Origin: a virus | Taxonomy: Duplodnaviria > Caudoviricetes | DNA length: 64,000 nt | Virus record (IMG/VR): IMGVR_UViG_3300023267_000001 | Span: 1 to 64,000 of that record | Strand: one strand, 5' to 3' | In this document: piece after piece, positions 1 to 8,779 of the stretch | Numbering within the stretch: the stretch's first letter is position 1 | How the letters are laid out: each line of letters opens with the position of its first letter | The notes under the pieces: generated by a model | What the model was told of the DNA's origin: nothing | Database searches by the model: none | The model's input: the letters and a program-made list of their open reading frames with translations, nothing else | Made by a program: the position numbers and the translations under genes

Positions 1-54
1 GAATTATTTTAATTTTGTTTTTTTTTGGGAGGGGAAGAGGGGGGGGGGGGGGAT

Positions 55-432
55 TTACACAGTTGGGATGCGCTGTTTTGTCTGTCGTCGGGATGCGATG
101 CGGTAAATTCGACTCTTGGGAATGTTGTTATAAATTCGGTATTCACGGATGAGATTTGACCCGCGTGGCTGGTGGAAGCGATACACGCGATAATCCAGAC
201 GCGGGAACACCTCGTACAAATCCATCACCGTTCCGACTGGAATATGCGGGCACAGCATCAATGCCCGCGCGGGAGAGTCGGCAAGGCAGATATGCGGCGG
301 TCGCCATTCACGCGGGAGCGACAGGCGGTTTATTTTAAGACCGGCCCTGCGGATTGAGGCGAGCCTTCGACGGGGTGACCAGTGAAATAGAACCCTTGGA
401 ATTTTCCTGCCACGCAGCCGAATCTTTCTCAC
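55..432 (-). CDS. ADP-ribosyltransferase-fold protein (Tpt1/KptA- or DarT-like)
   Basis: Motifs VLFHWS..LASIRRAGL, HICLADS and EYRIYNNIPKSRI follow the H / strand-2 / late-E pattern of ART-fold proteins. Confidence 0.5.
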   Translation of the reverse strand: MRKIRLRGRKIPRVLFHWSPRRRLASIRRAGLKINRLSLPREWRPPHICLADSPARALMLCPHIPVGTVMDLYEVFPRLDYRVYRFHQPRGSNLIREYRIYNNIPKSRIYRIASRRQTKQRIPTV

Positions 433-647
433 GGATTCCCATTCCCTTTCTCATCACCAAGAAGCTTATATTCCAGATATTTCCAGAACGCCACAACAGT
501 TTCAAACAGCGTGACGACACCGGCCAAAACCCACACCGATATAATCATCTTGTTCGCATCCTCCGGCGTCATCGCCGGGCTGCTGTAAGCCTTGAACAGA
601 TAATGCAGGCAGGCGATGTAGAAAAGGATTAGGGAGTAGGGTTTCAT
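429..647 (-). CDS. small membrane protein (2 predicted TM helices)
   Basis: Two hydrophobic segments; 4-bp overlaps with both neighbours. Confidence 0.6.
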   Translation of the reverse strand: MKPYSLILFYIACLHYLFKAYSSPAMTPEDANKMIISVWVLAGVVTLFETVVAFWKYLEYKLLGDEKGNGNP

Positions 648-814
648 TTGAATCCCTTGTTCATGGTTTCAATCGCAAGATTCTTGAACATTTCATACAG
701 CGCGTTGTAGCCATGCTTGGCGACTGCGGCCTTCACTTGGCGATGGCCTTTGGATTCGACTTTGGCGCGTTTAAGGGTCACGACTTTGGTTGTGAGTTGT
801 TGTTTGGGATTCAT
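644..814 (-). CDS. hypothetical protein, 56 aa (not in ORF track)
   Basis: Manual translation MNPKQQLTTKVVTLKRAKVESKGHRQVK...NKGFK*; AAATTATG start context; ATGA overlap with the 429-647 gene. Confidence 0.65.
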   Translation of the reverse strand: MNPKQQLTTKVVTLKRAKVESKGHRQVKAAVAKHGYNALYEMFKNLAIETMNKGFK

Positions 815-817
815 AAT

Positions 818-1141
818 TTACGCCGGATTAAAATACTTTGGGCTTCCAAGCCACTTTCCACCTTTCTGGATGGCGAACTGTTTGCAGTTGTGCCGCTCGT
901 AGTAGAACCCAAAACAGTTCTGCCGGTGGTCTAAAGTCTTGAAAGCTTTTTCCATTTCAGGCTCGGAGACTTCAACCCAGTCAGGTGGAATCATCGGCTC
1001 CATGCAGAATCGCAGGGTTTCAACTTTAATGGCTTGGGCAATCATAAATTCAAAAACGACCGGCCATGAATAGCCAGCAAAAGTCACGTTTACCAGCGCG
1101 CTGGCTGTTGATTGTGTCGCGCTGGATTCCGTGTCAGCCAT
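818..1141 (-). CDS. hypothetical protein
   Basis: 107-aa ORF packed 3 bp from the next gene in the same minus-strand operon. Confidence 0.55.
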   Translation of the reverse strand: MADTESSATQSTASALVNVTFAGYSWPVVFEFMIAQAIKVETLRFCMEPMIPPDWVEVSEPEMEKAFKTLDHRQNCFGFYYERHNCKQFAIQKGGKWLGSPKYFNPA

Positions 1142-1471
1142 CCTGCTGCCGGTCGTTAAAATTGGACGGGGATTTCACGATTCGTTCCAGCGCGTAAAGA
1201 GTGCGACTCAAACCGCATTTCTGTCTATCCCGAAATCAAGTTTGCGAGCCAGCCCGATTAGCGGAGTCCAGCCAGCAGATTCGCAACCGCTGTGCATCGG
1301 GCTTAACGATGCTCGCAATCACCGACGGAAATATTGCTTCTGCCTATGGCTGGTAAAATAAATAGGGCCGTGGCTTTCCATCCGACCCCTCGCTTACCCC
1401 GTTGTTCACACGGGGCGAAAATTGATTGATTGCGATGGCCTGTCTAGGTCGCCATTTATTCCCCCGCTGGG

Positions 1472-1530
1472 GCAACTCCACGCGACTCTTTCGAGTTTCT
1501 GCTTTCGCTTCGTCAGGCGTATTTAATTGC
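1472..1530 (-). ncRNA. candidate type I hammerhead ribozyme
   Basis: Minus strand reads GCAATT AAAT ACGC CTGACGA A GC GAAA GC A GAAA CTC GAAA GAG TC/ GCGT GG AGTTGC. It contains the CUGANGA core, GAAA, stem III ACTC/GAGT, a GUC cleavage triplet and a bulged stem I. Deviation: A/A at the base of a 2-bp stem II. Confidence 0.65.
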
Positions 1531-1628
1531 GGGGCCAGATGTCATTTTGCAACAGGCCTTGAATGACCAGCGCACTCAATCAACACCAAGAGAGTGCCAG
1601 ATGTGGCGCGGTGGTGTCAATTAGAATT

Positions 1629-1835
1629 TTAATCTGTGTATGGCAAATTTGAAACCACGGCAGGAATCTCATCATCGCGCCCAAGCCTCGCAAGCAGTTC
1701 GGACTTTCGCTTAAAGGATTTAAGCTTCCGCCGTGTTAGAATTTTATTAATTGGCCGGTGGCGGTTATCCCGGCATGTTTCGCACGAGCAAGCGAATCGC
1801 ATATGGTTTGGCATGTTTAAAAATGACACCGCCAT
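1629..1835 (-). CDS. small basic phage protein with CxCxxC motif and C-terminal YTD
   Basis: CSCETCR, a Lys/Arg-rich helix and a terminal PYTD, a pattern I recognise from small phage proteins. Confidence 0.55.
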   Translation of the reverse strand: MAVSFLNMPNHMRFACSCETCRDNRHRPINKILTRRKLKSFKRKSELLARLGRDDEIPAVVSNLPYTD

Positions 1836-1850
1836 CCACCTGCCGTTAAA

Positions 1851-2039
1851 TCAGAATTTCGCCGTAAGTTTTTTCATCCTGCTGACTTTTTTCTTCGGCG
1901 CATGGTTGGAGTGAATCGGATGCCGAAGGCACACATAGAAATCGGGGTTTATGTCGATGCCGCGCCGCCAGTTATACAACCGGCCCCGAATCAGGTCGCA
2001 CAGCGTCAGGCTGCATTGGTATGGTTTGTGTTTGAACAT
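1851..2039 (-). CDS. hypothetical protein
   Basis: 62-aa ORF between the HNH gene and the YTD gene, same strand. Confidence 0.35.
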   Translation of the reverse strand: MFKHKPYQCSLTLCDLIRGRLYNWRRGIDINPDFYVCLRHPIHSNHAPKKKVSRMKKLTAKF

Positions 2040-2883
2040 CGCCTAAATTTTTATTTTTTAGCTTCCGCCTGCTGGATTTGTGTTTGACTTGAAACCAACG
2101 CTCCATGGCTGAGTTTACGATTTTGAATCTATGGTTTGTTGAAATTCCGTCAATGCCTAATGTTTTTCTTTTGTGGCAGTTTGGGCACAAGCACTGGAGA
2201 TTTTCAAGATTATGAGAACCACCCCTTGAAAACGGCTCAATATGGTCTAGTTCAAAAAAATGCGGGATTTTGCTTTCAATGCGACACGACATGCAATGCC
2301 ACCCAAAGTTAAGCAGATTAAACCCAAACACCTTGTTAAGCAGAAAGATTCGACCAATCACCAAGCTGTTAACTTTGGCGTTGTGATTCTCCAGAAAGTA
2401 TCTGGCAAACACCCGCTCGCGCCTACCTTTGGAGTTTGTGGACTTGTCTCGCTTGTCCGATTTATAAATCTCATAAACTGCATCCCCGTATTCTTGCCGG
2501 ACTCGCTCAAGATAAGCCTTGTCCTCGCGGGACATTTTTCTTTTTTTAATCCTTGGCTGGGTTGCGTGAATTGGAGTTCCAAAAAGACCAACAGACCAAG
2601 AAACTTTCTGGCACAACTTGCAGTGTTTGCTGTGGCCTGATTTAGCCGAAACATTCAACCTAAACTCTGAAATTGGTTTTTTAATTTTGCACTTCTTACA
2701 GAAGCCGGTTGAGTCTGGATTGTTGAATTTTTTAAGAGCCAGCTCTCTTCTGGATTTATGTCTTCCGTTTACCGAAGCCTGAAAACAGGGCTTGCACCTT
2801 GCATAGGTTCCATCTCTGCCTTCTGGATTTTTATAGAACTCTTCAAGCGGCTTGAGAATCAAACAGGTGGTGCATTTCTTCAT
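1972..2883 (-). CDS. HNH endonuclease with two N-terminal CxxC..CxxC zinc-finger repeats
   Basis: KKCTTC..KPLEEF..RCKPC and FCKKC..KPISEF..HCKLC repeats; C-terminal ELDHIEPFSRGGSHNLENLQCLCPNCH. Confidence 0.9.
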   Translation of the reverse strand: MKKCTTCLILKPLEEFYKNPEGRDGTYARCKPCFQASVNGRHKSRRELALKKFNNPDSTGFCKKCKIKKPISEFRLNVSAKSGHSKHCKLCQKVSWSVGLFGTPIHATQPRIKKRKMSREDKAYLERVRQEYGDAVYEIYKSDKRDKSTNSKGRRERVFARYFLENHNAKVNSLVIGRIFLLNKVFGFNLLNFGWHCMSCRIESKIPHFFELDHIEPFSRGGSHNLENLQCLCPNCHKRKTLGIDGISTNHRFKIVNSAMERWFQVKHKSSRRKLKNKNLGDVQTQTIPMQPDAVRPDSGPVV

Positions 2884-3774
2884 GTTTAAAAATTAAACAA
2901 AACAACGCCCCTATGGTCAACTTAATAATTACTCTCTAGGATTCGATTTAAGACCCAAACAAAAGCGGGAGCAACCACACCTTATTTTTTATTTTTGGAT
3001 GCCCAAAATCGAGTTCTGGAGGCCAAGGGGTGTTAAAATTAGGCCGTCACCCATCAGTTAATTAACCACCATCAGCGCAGAACCATGATTTAGACGTGGC
3101 GCATGTATTAAATCATAAAATTAAACAGGAATCGAGATAACCGCCATAATGCTCATGGGCGGACACTGGCGGGTGGGGCCGGAACAGCCTCCCCGCCTTG
3201 TCTGTTTTGGGGTAATAATAGACTGACAATGTGTAATTATACTTAGTTGCTCTGATAGCGATTCATTGGGCTTTTGCATCACTTGTGGTATTTAGCCCAT
3301 GTTATCATTTAGTGAGCCTGTTTTCGACACCACAAGCCACAACCTGTAGTGTGCCAGTTGCGACTGAATGAGTGGCCCAAAAGTCGCCTTAACTCAAAAT
3401 CTGACCGCAAATCCCCTTGTTCTCAAAAAGCCAAGGTTGAAGAAATGTTAAAAACTGGGTAAGCCTTGCTCGTTAAACCGCCTCACAGAGCGTTTGTTTA
3501 TCCAGTTGTTAACCGGCTCGCAAGTCATAAAGAAAACGGTTTAAATCAGGCCACAGATAGACGCTTTACGCCTTGCGGAGATATTGCTTTTTGGCGTGAA
3601 CCTAGCGGCAATGGATAGCGGGGCTTATTAAGGGGGTTATCCGGCTAGGTGGTCAATTAAAATCTTTTACTAGTTTGTAAGTGGCTGATTTAATGCCATT
3701 TGCGTTCAAATAACTACTAATCAGGTAGTTTATCGTTTTTAGCCTAAAACACTGAAACTTAAACCCTTGTCAGG

Positions 3775-3972
3775 ATGCAGGTCACTAGCTATGGTAAGCC
3801 GATGACCGCCACGGCGCATCACCGAGTCTTTAACCGCCTTAGACGCTTGCTTGAACGCGAGCTAACCAAGGGCGAACGGCTTGCCGTCATCGTGGCGATG
3901 GACTTTGGTTATGCCATCCTGATTCAAGATGGCAGGCTTAAAACCATTTGCAGAATCACCCAAGCAAAATGA
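3775..3972 (+). CDS. hypothetical protein
   Basis: 65-aa ORF whose stop overlaps the ATG of the HNH gene (ATGA at 3969-3972). Confidence 0.5.
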   Translation: MQVTSYGKPMTATAHHRVFNRLRRLLERELTKGERLAVIVAMDFGYAILIQDGRLKTICRITQAK

Positions 3973-4505
3973 CACCCCGCCAGCGTCTCTACCGCGCCTA
4001 TCTCCTCACGTCGCATTGGTTCAAGCTGCGAACCGCCGTCCTTGAACGTGACGGCTATCAATGCACCCGCTGTCCGTGTCGCAAGCGTCTGCAAGTCCAT
4101 CACCTGCGATATGAGACGCGCTTTGAGGATGCCAAGCATAGTGACCTGATAACGCTTTGCCGCGCCTGCCATGAGCGGGAGCATGGCATTAGCAAGCGGC
4201 GTAAGAAGTTTAAGCGCGCCCCAAAGTGGAACAAGGCCGCAAGGGTTAAGCCTGTCCGGCCTGCCAAGCCTCACGTTGAAATAGTTGACTGGCGAACCTT
4301 GCAACTGGCGCGGACAAACCACCAGATAACGCGGCAGGAGTTTTTGAAGTTGTCCGCGCTTTATCCATCGCCGGTCTATGCCCATAACCACAACTATTCC
4401 CAGCCATTCACGCCCGGCATGTATGAGAAGAAAACAAACGGCAATTCCACCGGCTCAGCCTACAAAGGCAAGCACTGGCTAAACGGCAAATCATTTGAGG
4501 AGTAA
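3969..4505 (+). CDS. HNH endonuclease
   Basis: YL.TSHW..LR..VLERDGYQCTRC...LQVHHLRY...LITLCRACHEREH; start moved to ATG 3969. Confidence 0.9.
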   Translation: MTPRQRLYRAYLLTSHWFKLRTAVLERDGYQCTRCPCRKRLQVHHLRYETRFEDAKHSDLITLCRACHEREHGISKRRKKFKRAPKWNKAARVKPVRPAKPHVEIVDWRTLQLARTNHQITRQEFLKLSALYPSPVYAHNHNYSQPFTPGMYEKKTNGNSTGSAYKGKHWLNGKSFEE

Positions 4506-4512
4506 ACAAATC

Positions 4513-4544
4513 CTCCCCACCCCACTTTTCAGCAGGGCGGGGAG
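4513..4544. terminator. GC-rich hairpin between convergent genes, possible bidirectional terminator
   Basis: CTCCCC-ACCC...GGGC-GGGGAG inverted repeat; no strong U-tract. Confidence 0.4.
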
Positions 4545-4560
4545 TTGGATTGTGAGGGAT

Positions 4561-4743
4561 TTAGGCGAATGAATGATGCCAAGGGCAATCTTTAATTCGT
4601 TTTCGGTTAAGTGGAACGCCCCTTAGTGAGGCTGTTAACTTCTCAAACCTGCGGGCTGATTTGGCGTCTTTGAAGTCGCAGTAATGGCGGGTGACTTTCC
4701 CGCTGAAAGAATCGGTTTCAAACCACCAGACAACCCACTTCAT
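4561..4743 (-). CDS. hypothetical protein
   Basis: 60-aa ORF coupled by a 4-bp overlap to 4740-4952. Confidence 0.55.
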   Translation of the reverse strand: MKWVVWWFETDSFSGKVTRHYCDFKDAKSARRFEKLTASLRGVPLNRKRIKDCPWHHSFA

Positions 4744-4952
4744 AACGGCCTCCCCGTGGTAACTTTTCCGCCCAACATTTGAACGGACAATTCAAACGCG
4801 CTGAAACTGCTGGTTTGAATCTTCGCAAGCATGTTGCGGGCATTCCAAGGCAGGCGGGCGATACCAAAGGCGCAATCAGCAATAAGGTTCGCCGCAAAGC
4901 AATCGTGCCGGACAATCAAAGTTTCGTTTTCAAATAACGTGCTGGGGTTCAT
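4740..4952 (-). CDS. hypothetical protein
   Basis: 70-aa ORF in a minus-strand early mini-operon. Confidence 0.55.
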   Translation of the reverse strand: MNPSTLFENETLIVRHDCFAANLIADCAFGIARLPWNARNMLAKIQTSSFSAFELSVQMLGGKVTTGRPL

Positions 4953-5022
4953 ATTCTCGTTTTAATGTTTTGGTTTAAATTTGCTCGCAGGTTAGTCTCC
5001 TCCCCGCGAACGCCGGAGCGAA

Positions 5023-5292
5023 TCACCGAACCGGCAAAGCCGCAAAACGCTGTCTTGCGGCTGCATAAAACAGATTAAAGCGTTGGCGCATTTCTCCGCG
5101 AAACTGAGGATTAAACTTTGCCATTTTGGCCGCTTCCATTGAGGCCCAAGCGCGACGGTATCCAGCATGCCGCGCATTGGCGTCGGGATTTGACATTGTG
5201 GCTTTGGCGCACGATGAAAATACATCGTAATGGGAAACATCGGATGGAATGGACTCAATGGACTCTTTAAACATTTCAATGGTGGTTTTCAT
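5023..5292 (-). CDS. hypothetical protein
   Basis: 89-aa ORF, first gene of the leftward unit at a divergent promoter region. Confidence 0.55.
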   Translation of the reverse strand: MKTTIEMFKESIESIPSDVSHYDVFSSCAKATMSNPDANARHAGYRRAWASMEAAKMAKFNPQFRGEMRQRFNLFYAAARQRFAALPVR

Positions 5293-5372
5293 TTGATTCG
5301 CTTTTGTTAATCAGGGCTTGATTGCTCCTGACACCCATAGACTACACCAATCAATTTCACACGCAACAAAAT

Positions 5373-5415
5373 AATGTAAAATAATTCTTTACATTGTTTG
5401 GCAGGCTGGTAGAGT
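5373..5415 (+). promoter_or_regulatory. sigma70-like promoter overlapped by a palindromic operator candidate
   Basis: AATGTAAA-N7-TTTACATT (5373-5395); TTTACA-N16-TAGAGT ending 7 nt before ATG 5422, so possibly a leaderless mRNA. Confidence 0.5.
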
Positions 5416-5421
5416 GTGGGC

Positions 5422-5613
5422 ATGAAAGTCAATCATACCTACGCTTGGTCAATGTTTCTTGACGGCACAAATCACTTGCTGGCTAAATTCGAGTTCACCG
5501 GCTCAGTTAATCAGGCCAAGCGGCTCCGCAAAAGCATCGCCAAAACAAACAATGAAATTTACGCGAATGCTGGTGGTGTTTTCTTGACGGTGCGCAAATC
5601 CCTTCATGCCTAA
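5422..5613 (+). CDS. hypothetical early protein
   Basis: ORF-track ORF restarted at ATG 5422. Confidence 0.55.
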   Translation: MKVNHTYAWSMFLDGTNHLLAKFEFTGSVNQAKRLRKSIAKTNNEIYANAGGVFLTVRKSLHA

Positions 5614-5648
5614 CCACCCCACCCCGCAACCTTAAACAATAAAAATTT

Positions 5649-5924
5649 ATGAAGCAGATTGAAGCAACTCCGCAAAGGCCATTTTATAGCGTTGGATATG
5701 TTTACGAGCGATGCACCGGCACTTGTCATTCCTACAACTTTTGGGGCATGAAAATCCCACTTGAAAAGAAAATGCGCGGCAAGACAATGTCTGGCACGGA
5801 TGATGAGGAACTGGCTTTTGAAGCTGCAAATCAGCTATTAGCTTGCGCGGGTGTTTCTGAAACATTTGTCCATGTAACCACGGATTGCTACAACCACAAA
5901 GAAGCACTTCATTTAACCCGCTAA
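5649..5924 (+). CDS. hypothetical early protein
   Basis: 91 aa; AAATTTATG start context. Confidence 0.65.
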   Translation: MKQIEATPQRPFYSVGYVYERCTGTCHSYNFWGMKIPLEKKMRGKTMSGTDDEELAFEAANQLLACAGVSETFVHVTTDCYNHKEALHLTR

Positions 5925-5945
5925 ACAAATCGACACCCCAAAATT

Positions 5946-6281
5946 ATGAAAACTCAACTTGAACCGGAAAAACTTTATTGGGCGTTATTCAACAACTTTG
6001 AAATGCGTTTGTCTGGCGAATGCGTTAACGCCTGCCATCATCAGGGCGATTGCGAGGCTGATTGCAAAGCATGGGTTGACCGTGTGCGGGCGCAAATCGA
6101 GAGCGACAACTTTCCTAACAAGCCGACGCCTGACAAGATTCGTGATGAGCTTTCAGAATACGGTGCGTGGGATGATGAGGAGCTTAAAAACGATGAGGAA
6201 AACTTTATTCGGCTTATCTGGTGTGCGGCGGGAAACATCGCGGAAGAATCAGAACCTGATTGCAGCGAACCTGTAAAATGA
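5946..6281 (+). CDS. hypothetical acidic early protein
   Basis: 111 aa with CHHQGDC and EYGAWDDEEL..RLIWCAAG; AAATTATG start context. Confidence 0.7.
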   Translation: MKTQLEPEKLYWALFNNFEMRLSGECVNACHHQGDCEADCKAWVDRVRAQIESDNFPNKPTPDKIRDELSEYGAWDDEELKNDEENFIRLIWCAAGNIAEESEPDCSEPVK

Positions 6282-6540
6282 AACCCCGCACAGAACAAAT
6301 TGCAGCCGGGAAACTGTATCAGGTTTATCCAGACGGCACGGAAGATGTTAAATTTGAAGGCTCGCGCAATTATAAGACCGGCGCAATGCGTATCGGCAAA
6401 GTGATTTGGGAAGCCGCCTAAAGCCGCCCCCAGAGTTAAAGGAAATTATTATGAAATTCTAACTAAAACACTGGCGGCGAGCGTGACAGTTGCCGCTAGT
6501 CTTTCAGCGAGAATAACAAATCGGTTAGTAAATTAAAAAT

Positions 6541-6711
6541 ATGAACAAAAAAGTCAAACCATACAAAGCCAGATACTCTGACGATGAAATCTTAACATTC
6601 CCAGTCAAAGTCGTTAAAACACGTCGCGCATACGGACGCGAGGAGCTTTTGATTAAACCCGTCAAAGGCTCTGGTGAGAAATGGGTGACGGAAAACAAGG
6701 TTAAAAAATAA
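6541..6711 (+). CDS. small beta-rich phage protein, 56 aa (not in ORF track)
   Basis: Manual translation MNKKVKPYK...VKVVKTRRAYGREELLIKPVKGSGEKWVTENKVKK*. Confidence 0.65.
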   Translation: MNKKVKPYKARYSDDEILTFPVKVVKTRRAYGREELLIKPVKGSGEKWVTENKVKK

Positions 6712-6743
6712 CCCCCAATCCCAAATCGGGAGCGAAATTTAAA

Positions 6744-6830
6744 ATGAAAATCCTAACCCTAATCGGCAAAACACTAATCGTCCTGCTGTTCCTAGTCATG
6801 GCGGTTCTGTGGTATGTGTCGGAGAAATGA
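6744..6830 (+). CDS. 28-aa single-pass membrane peptide (not in ORF track)
   Basis: MKILTLIGKTLIVLLFLVMAVLWYVSEK*; fills the gap before ATG 6838. Confidence 0.5.
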   Translation: MKILTLIGKTLIVLLFLVMAVLWYVSEK

Positions 6831-6837
6831 GAAAATT

Positions 6838-7158
6838 ATGAACATAACTAGAGAAACTAAACGGGCTGATGGCTTAACGGTTGGGCAGGCAATGGATAAA
6901 GACGCGGCATTCTTGCGTTCTGTAGGATTGCCAGCCAAAGACGGACAGCCGACATTTGACGAACGCCGCGAGATTTTTAAGGAGGAAATCCGTGATGCCA
7001 TTCTTAAAACCTTGGATGATGTCTGTGAAAAACAATTCAGCATTGCAAACATTGGCTGGACGGACGCCGACCTTATGAGTCTTTTCCCAGTGATTGATTC
7101 ACATTCCATCAAATTGTTTGAACGCGCTCAAAACCCCAAAAACCAAATAACCCTATGA
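6838..7158 (+). CDS. hypothetical protein
   Basis: Start moved to AAATTATG at 6838; 4-bp overlap with the next gene. Confidence 0.6.
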   Translation: MNITRETKRADGLTVGQAMDKDAAFLRSVGLPAKDGQPTFDERREIFKEEIRDAILKTLDDVCEKQFSIANIGWTDADLMSLFPVIDSHSIKLFERAQNPKNQITL

Positions 7159-7475
7159 CCAACAACACATCAACCGATAAAGCAACGCCGCTGCCTTGGA
7201 GAGTTGAAAGCTATTCATTTGGGATAGACATTGTTGATTCAGGGGGAGTAATTTTGTTTGAAATTGAGGGCAACACTGAATCAAACAAAGCTCTCGCCGC
7301 CTTGATTGTCCGCGCCGTAAATTTGTTGGAGGCACATGAGACAGTGGTTGAATCGGCTGAAAACTTATCCGCAATAAACCCCCACAATGACAGGCTTGGT
7401 CGTTACGAAGAAGCTGCTGAAAAACTGGATACAGCCCTCGCCAATCTCGCCAAGCTGAAAAAGGAGATGGAATAA
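7155..7475 (+). CDS. phage protein of the TPxPW...A.LIV.AVN family
   Basis: ATPLPWRV...NKALAALIVRAVN, a common phage early-protein motif. Confidence 0.7.
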   Translation: MTNNTSTDKATPLPWRVESYSFGIDIVDSGGVILFEIEGNTESNKALAALIVRAVNLLEAHETVVESAENLSAINPHNDRLGRYEEAAEKLDTALANLAKLKKEME

Positions 7476-7477
7476 CC

Positions 7478-7795
7478 ATGAAACCTGAAAATGATAAGAC
7501 AACACCGCGTCCTTGGGTTGCGGGCGATACTGCGATATGGACAAGCACTGGAAAGTGCGTAATGCCATATCCAAATTACAAAAGTCACGATTTTATTGTT
7601 GAGACGGAGGCCAACGCCAATCTAATTGTCGAAGCAGTTAATCAATTCTCCGCGCTGAAAGAAGTGGCCGAGGCGGCTAAAGAATTAGTTGTTGCGATGG
7701 GCGATGCCAAGAAAGGGAGTCATCGCGTGAGATTTGAGCGTGTGCAAAAACTTAATGAATCACTCGCCAAACTCGAAACCATCCGAAAGGGATAA
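7478..7795 (+). CDS. second TPxPW...ANA.LIV.AVN family protein (tandem paralog)
   Basis: TTPRPWVA...EANANLIVEAVN. Confidence 0.7.
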   Translation: MKPENDKTTPRPWVAGDTAIWTSTGKCVMPYPNYKSHDFIVETEANANLIVEAVNQFSALKEVAEAAKELVVAMGDAKKGSHRVRFERVQKLNESLAKLETIRKG

Positions 7796-8132
7796 CTAGG
7801 CAAATTTTACCCATATGAACGACTCATTCTTAATCTGGCAATGGCAACGCTGCGAGGAATTGGCTGACAAGCTTGGTGTCAGGCTTCAATCCAACGGCTC
7901 GGAGCTGGTAATGTCCCAATGCATTGTTGCTGACAAATCCAAATAAAATTAACATGAAAACATCAAAACCATCCACAAGCCAACCAAGCCAGCGGGAAAA
8001 ATCGTTGAAGCGGCAAATCTGGCTGACGACGACTTTTTTCTGGAGGCCAAGCAAATCGCTCTCTACGGGAAAAAGCTATCCAGCAATCAACTTTTTATCG
8101 AACGTTTCCTTAATTCAAGCCGGAGGTTTAGT

Positions 8133-8531
8133 ATGAAAAGGAAACGCTCCTATTTTCCAGTTGAAATCAGCAACGAGGAAAAAAACTTCAATCATTGGAA
8201 GGCTTTGGTTTCAGAAGTTTTTATTAACGCGGTCTTGGCGCATGACAGCGACACGATTAAAGAACTGGCGGAAGCGGCCAAGTTTTTTAAGGGAAAAATC
8301 GGGGTGGCTGGTGTTGATTTTGAAGCTGACAACCCTGTTTGGCACAAACTGCTGAAAATAAAAAGCCAGCCACGAATGTTTCCAAGCCGCTTCACCATGC
8401 GCCAGATTGCGGAGCAGGTTTATTCAAAGGAAATGGTTCTGTATTATACAGCGGAAGGATTCTCTGCCTTGCGGGCACAATGTAAGAAAATTGGGATTCA
8501 CATTGTTCCAGAGAAACGGAAGCGGAAATAG
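8133..8531 (+). CDS. hypothetical protein, possible C-terminal DNA-binding helix
   Basis: 132 aa ending FSALRAQCKKIGIHIVPEKRKRK; lies just upstream of the transposase. Confidence 0.55.
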   Translation: MKRKRSYFPVEISNEEKNFNHWKALVSEVFINAVLAHDSDTIKELAEAAKFFKGKIGVAGVDFEADNPVWHKLLKIKSQPRMFPSRFTMRQIAEQVYSKEMVLYYTAEGFSALRAQCKKIGIHIVPEKRKRK

Positions 8532-8779
8532 TTTTTACTCTCTTGATGGTCTGCGCCGTGTCCGTGGTATCAATGGCGCATGGAGATGAAGATAATAAAA
8601 CAGCGCATCGGACGAACCCCCAAGCCAATGCGCTGAAAGAAAAACGGCTGGCAAAAGCCAGCCGAGTGTGGGGCAAAACAAACCAAATCAAGTCCCGTCA
8701 GTGTTACTAGCACTGGCGGGACAAAACCAAAGGCCACAACCCTTGGTGTGTATCTTGGAAGATACGGGCACACTCTAGG

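Noticed and set aside
1-54. Poly-T and poly-G runs at the window start
   Set aside because: Low-complexity homopolymers at the edge look like a sequencing or assembly artifact; a G-quadruplex or terminus role cannot be supported without reads.
1131-1361. Plus-strand 76-aa ORF and other shadow ORFs opposite long genes
   Set aside because: They overlap better-supported genes or structured RNA, lack the phage's start context and show no motifs.
8532-8710. Signal-peptide-like remnant (IVFTLLMVCAVSVVSMAHG) before the transposase
   Set aside because: No proper start and no homolog evidence; it could be a truncated gene but cannot be supported.
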